A stretch of DNA of 64,000 nt, taken from NCBI GenBank assembly GCA_964188305.1, contig OZ076890.1; one strand, given 5' to 3'. Of this stretch, positions 52,089 through 63,378 are shown in pieces. The number at the start of each line of letters is the position of its first letter. Position 1 is the stretch's first letter. The stretch comes from Podarcis bocagei. Its lineage: Eukaryota. Position numbers and translations under genes: made by a program. The notes beneath the pieces were generated by a model that did no database searches, was not told the origin of the DNA, and was given only the letters and a program-made list of their open reading frames with translations.

Positions 52089-53838
52089 GGACTTCCGGGT
52101 TGGCGCCATCGCCGAATGGCGGACTCCCTCCGAGCTCCGGAGGGAGTCTGCTCGGCAGGGGCTGGGTCCTACCGCGCCGGCGATGCGGGGACCCTTAAAA
52201 ACCACGGGCACGGAGCCCGTGGACATGGGTGACTCGGCTGGCACCGTTAGCGCCCTCCCGACTCGTGAAGGAGCCTTTTTAAAGGCTTCGGATCGGGTGC
52301 CGGGGAGTGGCGTGGTGCTGTGAGTCCTCTGCTTTCCCTGCCGAGCGAAGCCGCATGCCATTCGACGGAGAGCGCTGACTTCTTCCATTGAAAATTCGGA
52401 CTATCAACAACAACCCGTGAGTAATTGGGAAATCGGGTTCAAAAGGAGAAAAAAAGAAATTTTTTTCGAATTCGGCACGAGCGGGGGTGATCCAAAAAGG
52501 AAGTCAGTCCCCCCCTTATTGTAAACATGCTAAAACAAGGGCCGTGTAACCAAGGTCGAAAGAGAAGCATATTCTTGATAAAAATTATTAATTCCACGAT
52601 GGGAAATTATAAGAACTGTGCTGGAGGAGAAGAGTGGAGGGTGAGAAGGAAAATGTAACCCCCCCTGGGAACCGGGGCGATATGCAGAGCCTGGTGAAGA
52701 GAGACGGAGACTTTGACAGCTGTCAAAGTAGCTGTCAAAGTTGGAGAATATAAAGAGGACTTGGTTATGAGGACTTTGCTGGTTAATTTTGCTACAATTT
52801 GCTACAATTTGGATATAAACTGTCGAAAATAAGGAACAACAACTTGACTTTTGGATTAGAGGAAACAAAGTTACTACAATCCCCCTAGAGGGGTTTCGGG
52901 ACATTACAAGAACGGTCGTAAGTGGAAAAATACTCTGGGATTCGCACAGGACTTGTTATCTTTCTGGGAAAGCTGCAAAACTGAAACAGTATTTTGTCTA
53001 CAGAGGTGTTTATATTAAAGGAGACAATAGAATTTTCTATTGAAGAAAGGAAGGGACTGGACGTAAGTTTTTGTTCCTGAACAACAACAACCTCTGTGGA
53101 GGCACCAGATTTCTGAATTAGAACGTTTTAGCAGCTGAACAGGATAAGAAACCCGAGAAAGTGAGGAATAAAAAGAACAAAGGACTGACTACGACACGGA
53201 AAGAACAATGGGCGGAGCGGTAAAAATCAAGGGAATTAAAGGCCTTTTTTAGATTGGACGTTTGAAGTTAAATATCATTAAAATAAATAAACTAAAAGAA
53301 AACCGGCAAGGTGGAATCGGGGAGAAATCTGGCCATGGATTTGAGACTTCCAGGCTGACAACATACAGACTGATGGACATGGGGAATTCAAACCGGGGAA
53401 GGGGGGGGGGGAGATTTCGAATCCAAAGGCTGTGTAACTATTTTTTGAATCTTTTTCTTTTTTTATCTTCTATATCTTTATATAACTCTTGTATATCTTT
53501 TTATTTTGATTGGACGTGTTTTAAAAAAGGGAATTCGTGGAAGGAAACTGGGGTGGATCTTGGGGAAAAATCTTTTTTCTTTTTCTTTCTGTTAATGATG
53601 TGGGATGGTGGTAAGATTGTATAATTCAAATTGGATAGTGGGTTAAACAAATTAAGTTTTAAATTGGGAGCGAGAGCTTGTAGAACCAAATTAATGAAAG
53701 GGGAATACAGTTGGGAGGGGGAGGGGGGAGTCCCAGAAAGTTGGTAAGGAAAGTAAGGTTTTAAGTGTACTTTATTTTTTCTTTCTCTTTGTATTTCTAT
53801 ATCTTTTGGAAACTTTAATAAATATGATTATTAAAAAA
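52089..53838 (+). mobile_element. Non-autonomous, non-coding L1-type retroelement (1.75 kb) with its 5' end
   Basis: 15-bp TSD TAGATGAAAATTATG (52074-52088 and 53839-53853); GGACTTCCGG start, YY1-like ATGGCGG, CpG-rich first ~350 bp; AATAAA at 53817 plus short A tail; no ORF1 or ORF2. Confidence 0.82.
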
Positions 53839-56137
53839 TAGATGAAAATTATGTATATTGACCCGTTTTCCGAATTATTATTCTTTGGATGTTTAGTCAC
53901 CTTAAGAACTCTCTATTTTCTTCAAAACAAAAAGCTACCTCAAGTCAAGTTCACTTCTAAAAGTTGTTGGACAAGTAATATTTATTTATTTTAATCGTAC
54001 ATGCTTCCTTTTGACCTATTAAAAAGATTAAACAATCATTCTGAAACAATAAATATAACCAGATGATGATAATACAGAAAAACATCAGCAGCAGACAAAA
54101 AGCAATAAAACGGGTAACATAATAAAAACAATAAACTGACATAATAAAAGCCATAGATTAGCAACAGAAGCAGTAAGATATTAAAAATGGAAAAGAACAG
54201 CAGACCATGAACCAATAATTAGAAGACTTGTAAACCGGATGGCTTTAACTTGGTGCCTGTATATCAATAACTTGAAGTGTCTCTCTTACATGTCTGAAGA
54301 AGGCATTCCATAAATTGAGTTTGATCACTGAAAGTTCTTATCTCCAGTGGCACTTTGCTTAACCACTGAGGGTGACTGACTACACATGAAGAGGGGCCTC
54401 ATTTGGAGATCAAATATCGCACTAACCCTCTCTGTAATGAGAAAACAAGTCCCCATGTCAGTATATTTGTGAAAAACGATTCCGTCTTCCATGAATGAGA
54501 CCCAATGCAATGCCATCACAAGAAGTTTGAGAGTTGATGTTGTGCAATTGGGAGCAGCTGCACTGGGGGATTGTGCAGTGCCTTTCGCATGCATTGGATT
54601 CACTTGCTGCACTGTTCTAAAAATGAGGGCCCCCACTAACAGAATGGCAGTCACTCTCTGTGTTTGCTCTGTTGGAACTACTCAATAAAACAGCAGTAGC
54701 TTCACTATACAAAAATAAAATGTCACAGTGTCGTCGTTTTGTTCCTTTTAACCATCAGATAGTTTCGTTCTCGATTTCAGACTTCTTGTGGTTCACATTT
54801 TTCATAACACTGTTTCAATAGCTGCCCAGCACACCCATGTTCAAGTAGGCACTTGGAATATAAATAATGTTTGCTCACCAGCTATATATTTTTTTTCTAT
54901 ATTGCGTTCCCAGACCAACAAGAGTAACTACAGATGAGTCACTGTGTCTTAATATCTTCATCATATAATACCCCATGATCAAGGCTTAGTTTAATATGCC
55001 AGATGCCAAATTCCAAATGTTAAACTTGTCTGGAAGTTATGGTTTTGGCATTTACCTCAGGGCATGCTGGCTTTACCCTGCAACAGTTGCATCTCCCTCA
55101 TGCTACTTCACATTGCTGTACTGCAATCACCTATAGGTAAATTCTCCTTTATGTACGTGTTTCAAATATCGTTTTGAGGTTGAGACTCTCAGAGAGGAGC
55201 AGAACTACTTCCCACCCCCACCCCCAAAACCCACAGACTTCAATGGAAGCTGAATTGGCTAGAGCTGTAAAACATGTTCCCTGAGGAGAATGTAATTGGC
55301 AGATTAGCTGTGGCAGGCTTTGCTAGATAGAAGGCCCCCACGTCAAATGGTTTAATGCCCATCTAGGGCTGTACAAAGATCTTGCCAGGGTCCTGGAACC
55401 AACAAGTTTGCCATTTAGTTCATTGGAAAGGTCTCAGTGTTCTTTTTCTTTTTCTTTTACAAAGAATTTTCCCTCTAATTTAACTGTAGCATCATAAGAA
55501 GAAGAAGAAAACATTATAGTGAAATCATAGTGATCTCTATTTGATCAGACCTCATATTCATCATACCTGGTGATATCATGCATTTGTTTTGCACTTACTG
55601 ATGGATAACCTGTACAATTGGTCCCTAAGAAGTGCCATTTCAAAAGCCAAACTGGAAATGTTGCAAATATTGAGTTGAATACCTTGTCACCTTGCGATGT
55701 GGCAAATGCATGACAGCGTGCTTGCTTAGTAAATATAAATACTTTGTAAAATACTGTGATACAGGCACAGTTGCTCTTTGCCCCCCCAACCCACCTGTGA
55801 TAGGGATTGTTCTGTCCTAGCTACTAACATTTTCTGTTACTGTGTCATGAAAATGTTTGTCCTGTCTCATTCTTTGTCGCTTCAGTGTTCAGCCACCATT
55901 TCCAAGCTTTTTCTTTATGGAAGCAATTGTTAGTATCTTGTCATATTGTGAGCATCATAAATAGTGAATGTGTATTAATTTATATTTTATAATATAGTTT
56001 GGCTTCAATATAAATATTGAACATTTATTCAAAATTTATTATAAATATTGAATGTAAATATTTACTGTTACTAGTAAAACCATTGTGTGTGGGTGGGTTA
56101 TATCCAAAATTATATACAAAGTAGATCCATTAATAAA

Positions 56138-56273
56138 TAGGCACAGGCAAACTCAGCCCTCCAGATGTTTTGGCACTACAATTCCCATCATCCCTGACTA
56201 CTGGTCCTGTTAGCTAGGGATGATGGGAGTTGTAATCCCAAAACATCTGGAGGGCCGAGTTTGCCTATGCCTG
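56138..56273. mobile_element. Palindromic 136-bp hAT MITE
   Basis: Close match to 43848-43983; TSD not preserved. Confidence 0.85.
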
Positions 56274-56329
56274 CTTTAAGTCACTGGTTTCAGTGGATCT
56301 ACGTTGAGAATGACCAGTTCAAACATTAG

Positions 56330-57078
56330 ATGTCATGACTTATCTCAAGGTTCTGCCTTGTTTCCTATGCTTTTTAATATCTACATGAAACCAATTGGTC
56401 AGGTCACCCAGAAGTTTGGTCTGAGGTGTCAACAGCATGTAGGTGACACACAGCTCTATCTTGTTCCCATTGACTTGTCCTGGGGAGACAGTAGAAGTAA
56501 TAAACTGGAGTCAATTCACATTAGGTGGATAGGCGTTAAGAGGCTGAAACTTACCGTAATTCAGACAAACCAGAGGCCCTGTTAGTCAAGAACACTGGCA
56601 ATTCGGATGTGGTGGTTCAACCTATTCTGGATGGGTTTGCACTTGCCTTGAAGGAATGGGTTCGTTGCTTGGGAATTTTGCATTCCCCGGATGCTCTGGT
56701 GGTGGTGGTGGTGGTTGGTAGGAGTGTTTTATTATTATCATTAGCGTCAGCAAATACACTAGCAGTGCCATTTATTAAAGAGGGCAAATTTGGCTTCAGT
56801 CAGTCATTCTTTGGTTACTTCCAGACTGTATTGTTGCAATGTAGTCTGAGTGGGGCTACTGTTTGAACACAGCTCGGTAGTGGCGCCCACCCTGTGGAAC
56901 ACCCTCCCTTCAGATGTGAAGGAAATAAGCAGTTATCCTATCTTTAAAAGACATCTAAAGGCAGCCTTGTTTAGGGCAGTTTTTAATATTTAATGCTGTA
57001 CTGTTTTTAACACTTGATTGTTAAAACACTTGATTGGGGAGACTCAGCCAGATGGGTGGGGTATAAATAATAATAATA

Positions 57079-57118
<40 letters not shown>

Positions 57119-57400
57119 GCCCAAAAGCTTCAGTTGGTCCAAAATATGGTGACCAGATGTTTGTCTATAGTTGTTGCAGGTCAGAGCTTATTACTTGGGT
57201 CTTTTTTCGGCTCTGCTGGCTTTGATGTGTTGCTTCTAGCCTATAAAGCCCCAAATAGCTTAGGGCCGGGTCATCTTAGGGACCGCTTGCTCCCATATAA
57301 GCCTGCCCAGGAATTGAGATCCTGGTCACCTTGCTGTTGGTGCCATTGTGGAATATCTGACAGGGTCTCTACAGCGGTAGTGTGGCAACTGTGAAATACT
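56330..57400 (+). mobile_element. Degraded L2 LINE (RT region to 3' end) with a younger L2 3' end nested at about 56877-57118
   Basis: SQGSALFPMLFNIYMKPIG...CQQHVGDTQLYL is a decayed PQGS...YADDTQLY RT motif; nested piece ends in an (AAT)n/(TAT)n tail. Confidence 0.8.
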
Positions 57401-59378
57401 CGCCCAATTCAAATTGCCAGGTTCCCTTATTGTGACTCTTTTGCCAGAAATTACCTTATTTTTAAAAAAATGTATCTGCGTGAGAAATTGAGGCAAAAAG
57501 TCTAACACTCAATGGTGTCTGTTTAGGCAAGAGGAACCTGGGTCAATGTTATCTCCTGCACCACTCACCAAGCCTCTGATTAGACTTTTTTTGGGTAGAG
57601 CAAGAGTTGTGCACTGCAGAAGAGAAGGAGTGGAAAATACCTGAGCATGCATTGCATATAAATCTGGATGCAGGAAACCCTGGTTTGGTTGTTTGTTTGT
57701 TTCCCAATCTCCTTCCTCTGCCCACCTGCAATTCTCCTGTATATTTTGCACTCAGTAATGAGAGGCTCAGTTCAGAGATCAATCCATCTGATTATCTAGT
57801 TCTTGATCCCTTTGCCCGGAGCATGTCTGCCACCCGCCGTGCTAATTAACAGGTGACACAGTTAGGTTTAAAGGCAAAGAGGACAGCTGCATCTTTATGC
57901 CCTCCCCTTACTCTGCAGCTGTCATAAAAGACACACAAGATTCCTCAAGGCCGCATGGCAGATTGAGGATATCAAGGGCAGTTGATATTAACTGTGCCAG
58001 TACATATGGGTTAAATGTTTCTAATCGTCCCAAATACTGTATGACATATGGGTTAGCAGAATATTTTTTAAAGCTGTGCTTAAATCGTAACATTATTGGT
58101 AAATTATATTATTGTATGCTGTGCTTTCTTGGCACGAGATGAGATGGTGAAGACTGGAGCAGGCTTTGCAATTTGGTGCGACTTATAATGGTATTCCATT
58201 TATTGCTAACAATGAAAAGATAATAAGAGTTAAGCGCTTGCTTTCTGCCTGACATTTGCTTTGCATTTTGGTTACAGCTGCTTTGCGTTTCCTTATTTTG
58301 AAGGAGACATGATGCTTTAATTTTTAACTGGATCCATTAACAAATGCATTGAAGTCTAATATGAACCTGACAGGCTCTCAGTTCTGAGGAAAACAGATCA
58401 CATGATTGTGGTGATTCCCTTGAGCAGGGTGTATGTGTTCTTTAGTGGGTTTACGTTGGCTGTTTCTGAAGCTGTTGTGATGATAGAACCTGCAGGAGAG
58501 ACGGGACACGAATGATAATGTAGTGAAAGGAAGGGTGGAGGATCGGTGCCCGAAGTGGGGGGCTTTTGGAAGTTGTGAAAAGAAGTGAAATGGTTATACC
58601 AGACACCGTTATGTACACCTGAAATGGAATAATTGCAGATCCAGCCAACATCCCACTGCACTCTGAGCACAATATATGATTGATATGTTTTCCAAAGACA
58701 GTTATCGAGGTGTAGTGCACTCGCAAAGGGAAGGACTTAAAAGGGGTGTGTTTGTGATTTACTTGTTCAATTTTTTAAAGTTTGAAGAGCAGTTTATTAA
58801 GCCTTTCCATATCAAACAAAAATAAGCCAAGAAACAATAAAAACTTGGAGCATAAATACCTACACATTTGCTTACATCAGCAATTAAAGAACAGAAAAAC
58901 TCCCACAAATATTCAATCCACGAATCTCTGCAAGTATACAACCCACAAATATACAATACAAAGTAGAGCAATCAGGGAATCGTCATAGAAGTAATCAACT
59001 AGTCAAGCGTAAAGAGAAAGGGGGAAATTCAGCCAGCCTGTAATATCACACCATAAAGCTGCATGGGTTGATGTAGGAAGGCAATCATACCCCTTCACTG
59101 ACTTAATAGAACAAAATCATTTCTCATAAACATATTTTGTTCTCCTTGGATTATGGTATGTTGACGAGTACATTTTCCCATAAGGGCCATTTTCTTCTCA
59201 ATTCGATATGCACAGGGAACTGTTTCTCCCGTGACTTCTACCTGAACCCATGACAGTTCTCCCTTTCAAGTACTCTATTGGGCTGTTTTTCATTGCCACC
59301 CCACCCCCAAGTTTCAAAACTCAAAAGTAAAGGGGAGATGGCCTAGGGAACATTTGCAGAGAAGTATGGGTGTTAAGC

Positions 59379-59868
59379 GGGACTCGGGTGGCACTGTGGT
59401 CTAAACCAGTGTTCCCCAACCTTGGGCCTCCAGCTGTTTTCGGACTACAATTCCCATCATCCTTGACCACTGGTCTTGCTAGCGAGGGATGATGGGAGTT
59501 GTAGTCCAAAAACAGCTGGAGGCCCAAGGTTGGGGAACACTGGTCTAAACCACTGAGCCTTTGGCTTGCCAATCAAAAGGTCGGCAGTTCGAATCCCTGC
59601 AACGGGGTGAGCTCCTGTTGCTCGGTCCCACCTCCTGTTAACCTAGCAGTTCAAAAGCACGCCTGGCGAGAAGGTAAACGGCGTTTCCGTGCGCTGCTCT
59701 GGTGTCGGTGTTCTGTTGCACTAGAAGCAACTTAGTCATGCTGGCCACATGACCCGGAAAAACTGTCTGTGGACAAACGCCGGCTCCCTCGGCCTGTAAA
59801 GCGAGATGAGCGTAGCAACCCCAGAGTTGTTCGCGACTGGACTTAACTGTCAGGGGTCCCTTTACCCT
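59379..59868 (+). mobile_element. Sauria SINE interrupted by a hAT MITE
   Basis: 14-bp TSD TATGGGTGTTAAGC (59365-59378 and 59869-59882); head GGGACTCGGGTGGCACTGTGG; tail GTCCCTTTACCCT. Confidence 0.92.
59407..59542. mobile_element. Palindromic 136-bp hAT MITE
   Basis: Long perfect TIR CAGTGTTCCCCAACCTTGGGCCTCCAGCTGTTTT; perfect 8-bp TSD GTCTAAAC. Confidence 0.95.
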
Positions 59869-59951
59869 TATGGGTGTTAAGCATGCTACTCACTTGCCAT
59901 AAGTTTGCGCTCCACATTCCTGTTGCTTCAGTATATGGAGGTTTCTTAACA

Positions 59952-61394
59952 CAGTGTTTCCCAACCTTTTTTGGGCAAAGGCACACTTGTTTCATGAAAA
60001 AAATCTCGAGGCACACCACCATTACAGCCCCGTGACGTCAGCGCGCAGCGTCACGCTGGGAGGGACATGAATTGCTAGCAAATTACATAATCACCTCCTT
60101 GAGGGCTGGCTCATCTTCTCCGAAGGCAGAACCCCATTAATTAACAGCACAGACTCACACCATAGCCAAGATGAGGGGGGAAAACCTCAGTCATGCACAG
60201 TCATGCACATGTGGGGGCTAAATGAGGACGAAGACCGGGCAGAGAGCAGGGTTCAAATCACCCCACCTGGCCAGGACAATCCCTGGGTGCTCCCTTGGGC
60301 CACTCGCCTGACCCACCTCGCAGGGCTGTTGTTGCGAGGATAACACGGGGAGAACCACGCGCGCCCCCGGGAGCTCCTTGGAGGAGAAAGCGGGCGATGA
60401 ATGCAATGCACGAAATATATGAGAGGCGACCAGGTTTTGCAGGTGAGGGGCCCCCGCCAGCCTCCGCTTCCAACACCCGGCGCAACGACGCCGAAGTTTC
60501 CCCCCGGGCTCGGCTCGGGGAGCAGCGCTGCTCCCCCCCGGCTCCCCTTCGCCCTCCCGGCTCTCTCTGCCGCCCACTGGGGACCCCCCTCACCTGCCAA
60601 GTCCGGAGCGCCGGTGGAAGTTGCATGCATGCATGCATGCAGGGCGCCGCGTTGCCATTGCATTGCACTGCACTCCATGCAACACCTGCACGCATGCATT
60701 GCCTTGCACACCCGCCAAGGGGTCTCCCCGCGGTCCGATGCGTCCCCTCCGGCGCGGATGCAGCATTGCAAAAATAAACCCCCCCCGACGCAGCCCTACC
60801 TGGGGGGCAGCCTCCGCCTCCGCCGCTCCGCCTCCGCGGGGATCCCCGGGCTCCATCCTGCCGCCCGATCTCCGCGGGGGCGCAGGCAGGCTGCGCGGGG
60901 TCTGCGCGGAAGAGCCCCTGCCCGCCCGGCCGCCGCCGCTGCGATCATTCCATGGCCGGGAGAAGAGCGCTTCAAACAAAACGCCCGGCCCGCCAGGCCA
61001 CGCTGGGAAACGTAGTTAGCGCACCCCGCGCGGGCGCGGAGCCCAAGGGCGAGGGGACTACGGATCCCGGCAGCCCCCGCGCCGGGGACGGAGGGGGAGA
61101 GGCCGGGTGCAGGGATGAGGGGACGGGTGGGCGAGCGAGTGAGTGAGTGGCAGCCGCCAAGCCTTGGCCGACAGCCAGGAAGGGCCTCCCCGGAGGAGGA
61201 GGAGGAGGAGGAGGGAGGCGCAGAGCGGGAGGGAGGGAGGGAGGGAACCCCAGGGGTCATCTAGTGACGGCGCCCCAATCGAAAATTTGACTTAAAAAAA
61301 AAAATCTTTCGAATTTTTTAATTTTTCCCGCGGCACACCAGGCAACATCTCGCGGCACACTAGTGTGCCCCGGAACAGTGGTTGGGAAACACTG
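59952..61394. mobile_element. Non-autonomous hAT DNA transposon with CpG-island cargo (Pack-hAT-like, copy 2)
   Basis: TIR CAGTGTTTCCCAA...TTGGGAAACACTG; perfect 8-bp TSD TCTTAACA (59944-59951 and 61395-61402); arms 59952-60066 and 61326-61394 match copy 1. Confidence 0.92.
60800..60856 (-). pseudogene. Putative captured first coding exon (MEPGDPRGGGAAEAEAAPQ) inside the hAT element
   Basis: Minus strand GGCAGG-ATG-G (A at -3, G at +4), 19 codons, then CAG|GTAGGG donor, embedded in CpG-island sequence; source gene not recognised. Confidence 0.55.
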
Positions 61395-62407
61395 TCTTAA
61401 CACACCTTTTCCAAGGTAACATGGTTGTGAGTTCACCCCTTTTTATGCATAACAATAATAATAATAATAATACCCCAGCCACTCTGGGCGACTTTCAGCG
61501 TATATAAAAACATAATGAAACATTAAAAACAAATTGTGAACTCAAGGGCGCAGTTCATAATACTTAAAAGGGCTTATATCTGCAAGACTATTTACGCTAA
61601 TATCACATTAAGATTGCATGGACTCTCCTTGCTCTACCCTTCACGTGCTGGATGCTATGGTGGCCCTAATCCAGGAAGTCTCTCTTTTTTTTAGCTTTAC
61701 ATTTGTCAGCTTTAGTTGCTTTGTAAACCAGATAATTAAAGAATGTGGGCTCAATTCATAAGTGTATGTGAATAGGTTATTGCATGAATGTAGCTACTGT
61801 AATTTCCACATATCCGTCCACTATAGGAACACTGTCTAAAGCCAGCTTCACAAATAATTGTGTTCTTAGTGCCGCTAATCTTCCTTGTTTATTTTAACTT
61901 GAATCGTTCTAAGTCCTAAAGCTATTTTCATATTTCCTTTTCCCCTTGCTCTTGATTACTTAGGATAATGTGTAAATAATTTTTTTTAAAAAAACTTTTA
62001 AAGCTCAGGGTTTAATTTTTTTAAAGAAAAGAGAAAAGGCTCACTGAAGTTCTTGTGTCTTAGAAAAGTAGGTCACGAAGTAGAATACAACACAATCAAA
62101 CTAATTAAGAGGGCTGTTGTTGTTTTTTCTCAGCAAAGTGCCATGAAGAAAAGATCAATACAGCAAAAACCCTTTTCACTGTGGAGCCAAGGGAATTGGA
62201 AAAGATCCACTTGTGCTTTCAGACCTTAAATGCTGGAGGCTGATGTCATTAAGAAAACCAGCTGAGGACTGAAAAGTAAACCAAGCAAACTAATAGGTTT
62301 TATGTGTAGGAGGGGGAAGGGGGGGAGGTGTATACCAGTAATATCTATGGCAGCGTTTCTCAATTCGCTGACAGCTAAGGCACCCTATTTTTCTTAAGTA
62401 AATTGTA

Positions 62408-62649
62408 CAGTGGTACCTCGGGTTACATACGCTTCAGGTTACATACGCTTCAGGTTACAGTCTCCACTAACCCAGAAATAGTGCTTCAGTTTAAGAACTT
62501 TGCTTCATGATGAGAACAGAAATCGTGCTCCAGCGGCGTGGCAGCAGCAGGAGGCCCCATTAGCTAAAGTGGTGCTTCAGGTTAAGAACAGTTTCAAGTT
62601 AAGTACACGCCTCCGGAACGAATTAAGTACTTAACACGAGGTACCGCTG
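62408..62649 (+). mobile_element. Tigger/pogo-like MITE, family A copy 5
   Basis: TA|CAGTGGTACCTCG...CGAGGTACCGCTG|TA. Confidence 0.92.
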
Positions 62650-63299
62650 TATAGTGCAGTCCTACGCACGCTCAGCACTGCTTAAGTTGGTAGGACTTAC
62701 TTCTGAGTAAACATGCATAGGATTGCCCTTAAGGCACACTCAGCTCTTCTATAAGCAACAAAAAGTTCACTTGAAGAGTGTGTAGATAGATAAACTATTT
62801 AACCTTTGTTGAACCACCCAGTTTGAAGGATATATCTCTTCCTTGTGGTACTTTCCCAATGTTTCTCCTGCCCCTCCCACCCTCTGCTTTTCCATCTGTG
62901 TATTGTATTGTATTTATGGGTCACCAATTCATATCTCCCTTCTACACCTCCACTGGCTACTCAAAGGCTGTCTACTTAGGCAGACGTTGGTCTTAAATGG
63001 CAGAATACAAATCAATCATACCATACTTTGAGCAAACTTACGTCACTTATCTGGGAAACACCTGTGGGTTGCGAAGGGTACTAGGGCAGGGCTAGTCAAA
63101 GCGGTGGTCCACAGACCAGGGCTCATCCGTGAGACATCAGCTGCTGATCCCTGGTGACTCCACCAAAGCCCAGCTTTGGTGGGATGCTTCAGAGGCCAGT
63201 TGCGGCTCTGCCACATCAGGTAGTTCGAGAAGCACTGTTCTAAAGCACAGAGGCGATCTGTGCATTTGTTGCCTTGCACAAGCTGTGGTCACCGTAAGG

Positions 63300-63378
63300 G
63301 ACAGCTGCATATTCCTGCATTGCAGGGGGTTGGTCTAGAATGATCCTCATGGTCCCTTCCAACTCTATGATACTATGA
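63300..63378 (+). mobile_element. CR1-type LINE 3' tail
   Basis: GGGGGTTGGTCTAGAATGATCCTCATGGTCCCTTCCAACTCTATGATACTATGA. Confidence 0.7.

Noticed and set aside
60218-61260. Overlapping 120-200 aa ORFs, or the host gene's real TSS
   Set aside because: Low-complexity ORFs on both strands; the island lies within a TSD-flanked element. Only the 19-codon exon-like segment is retained, as a candidate.
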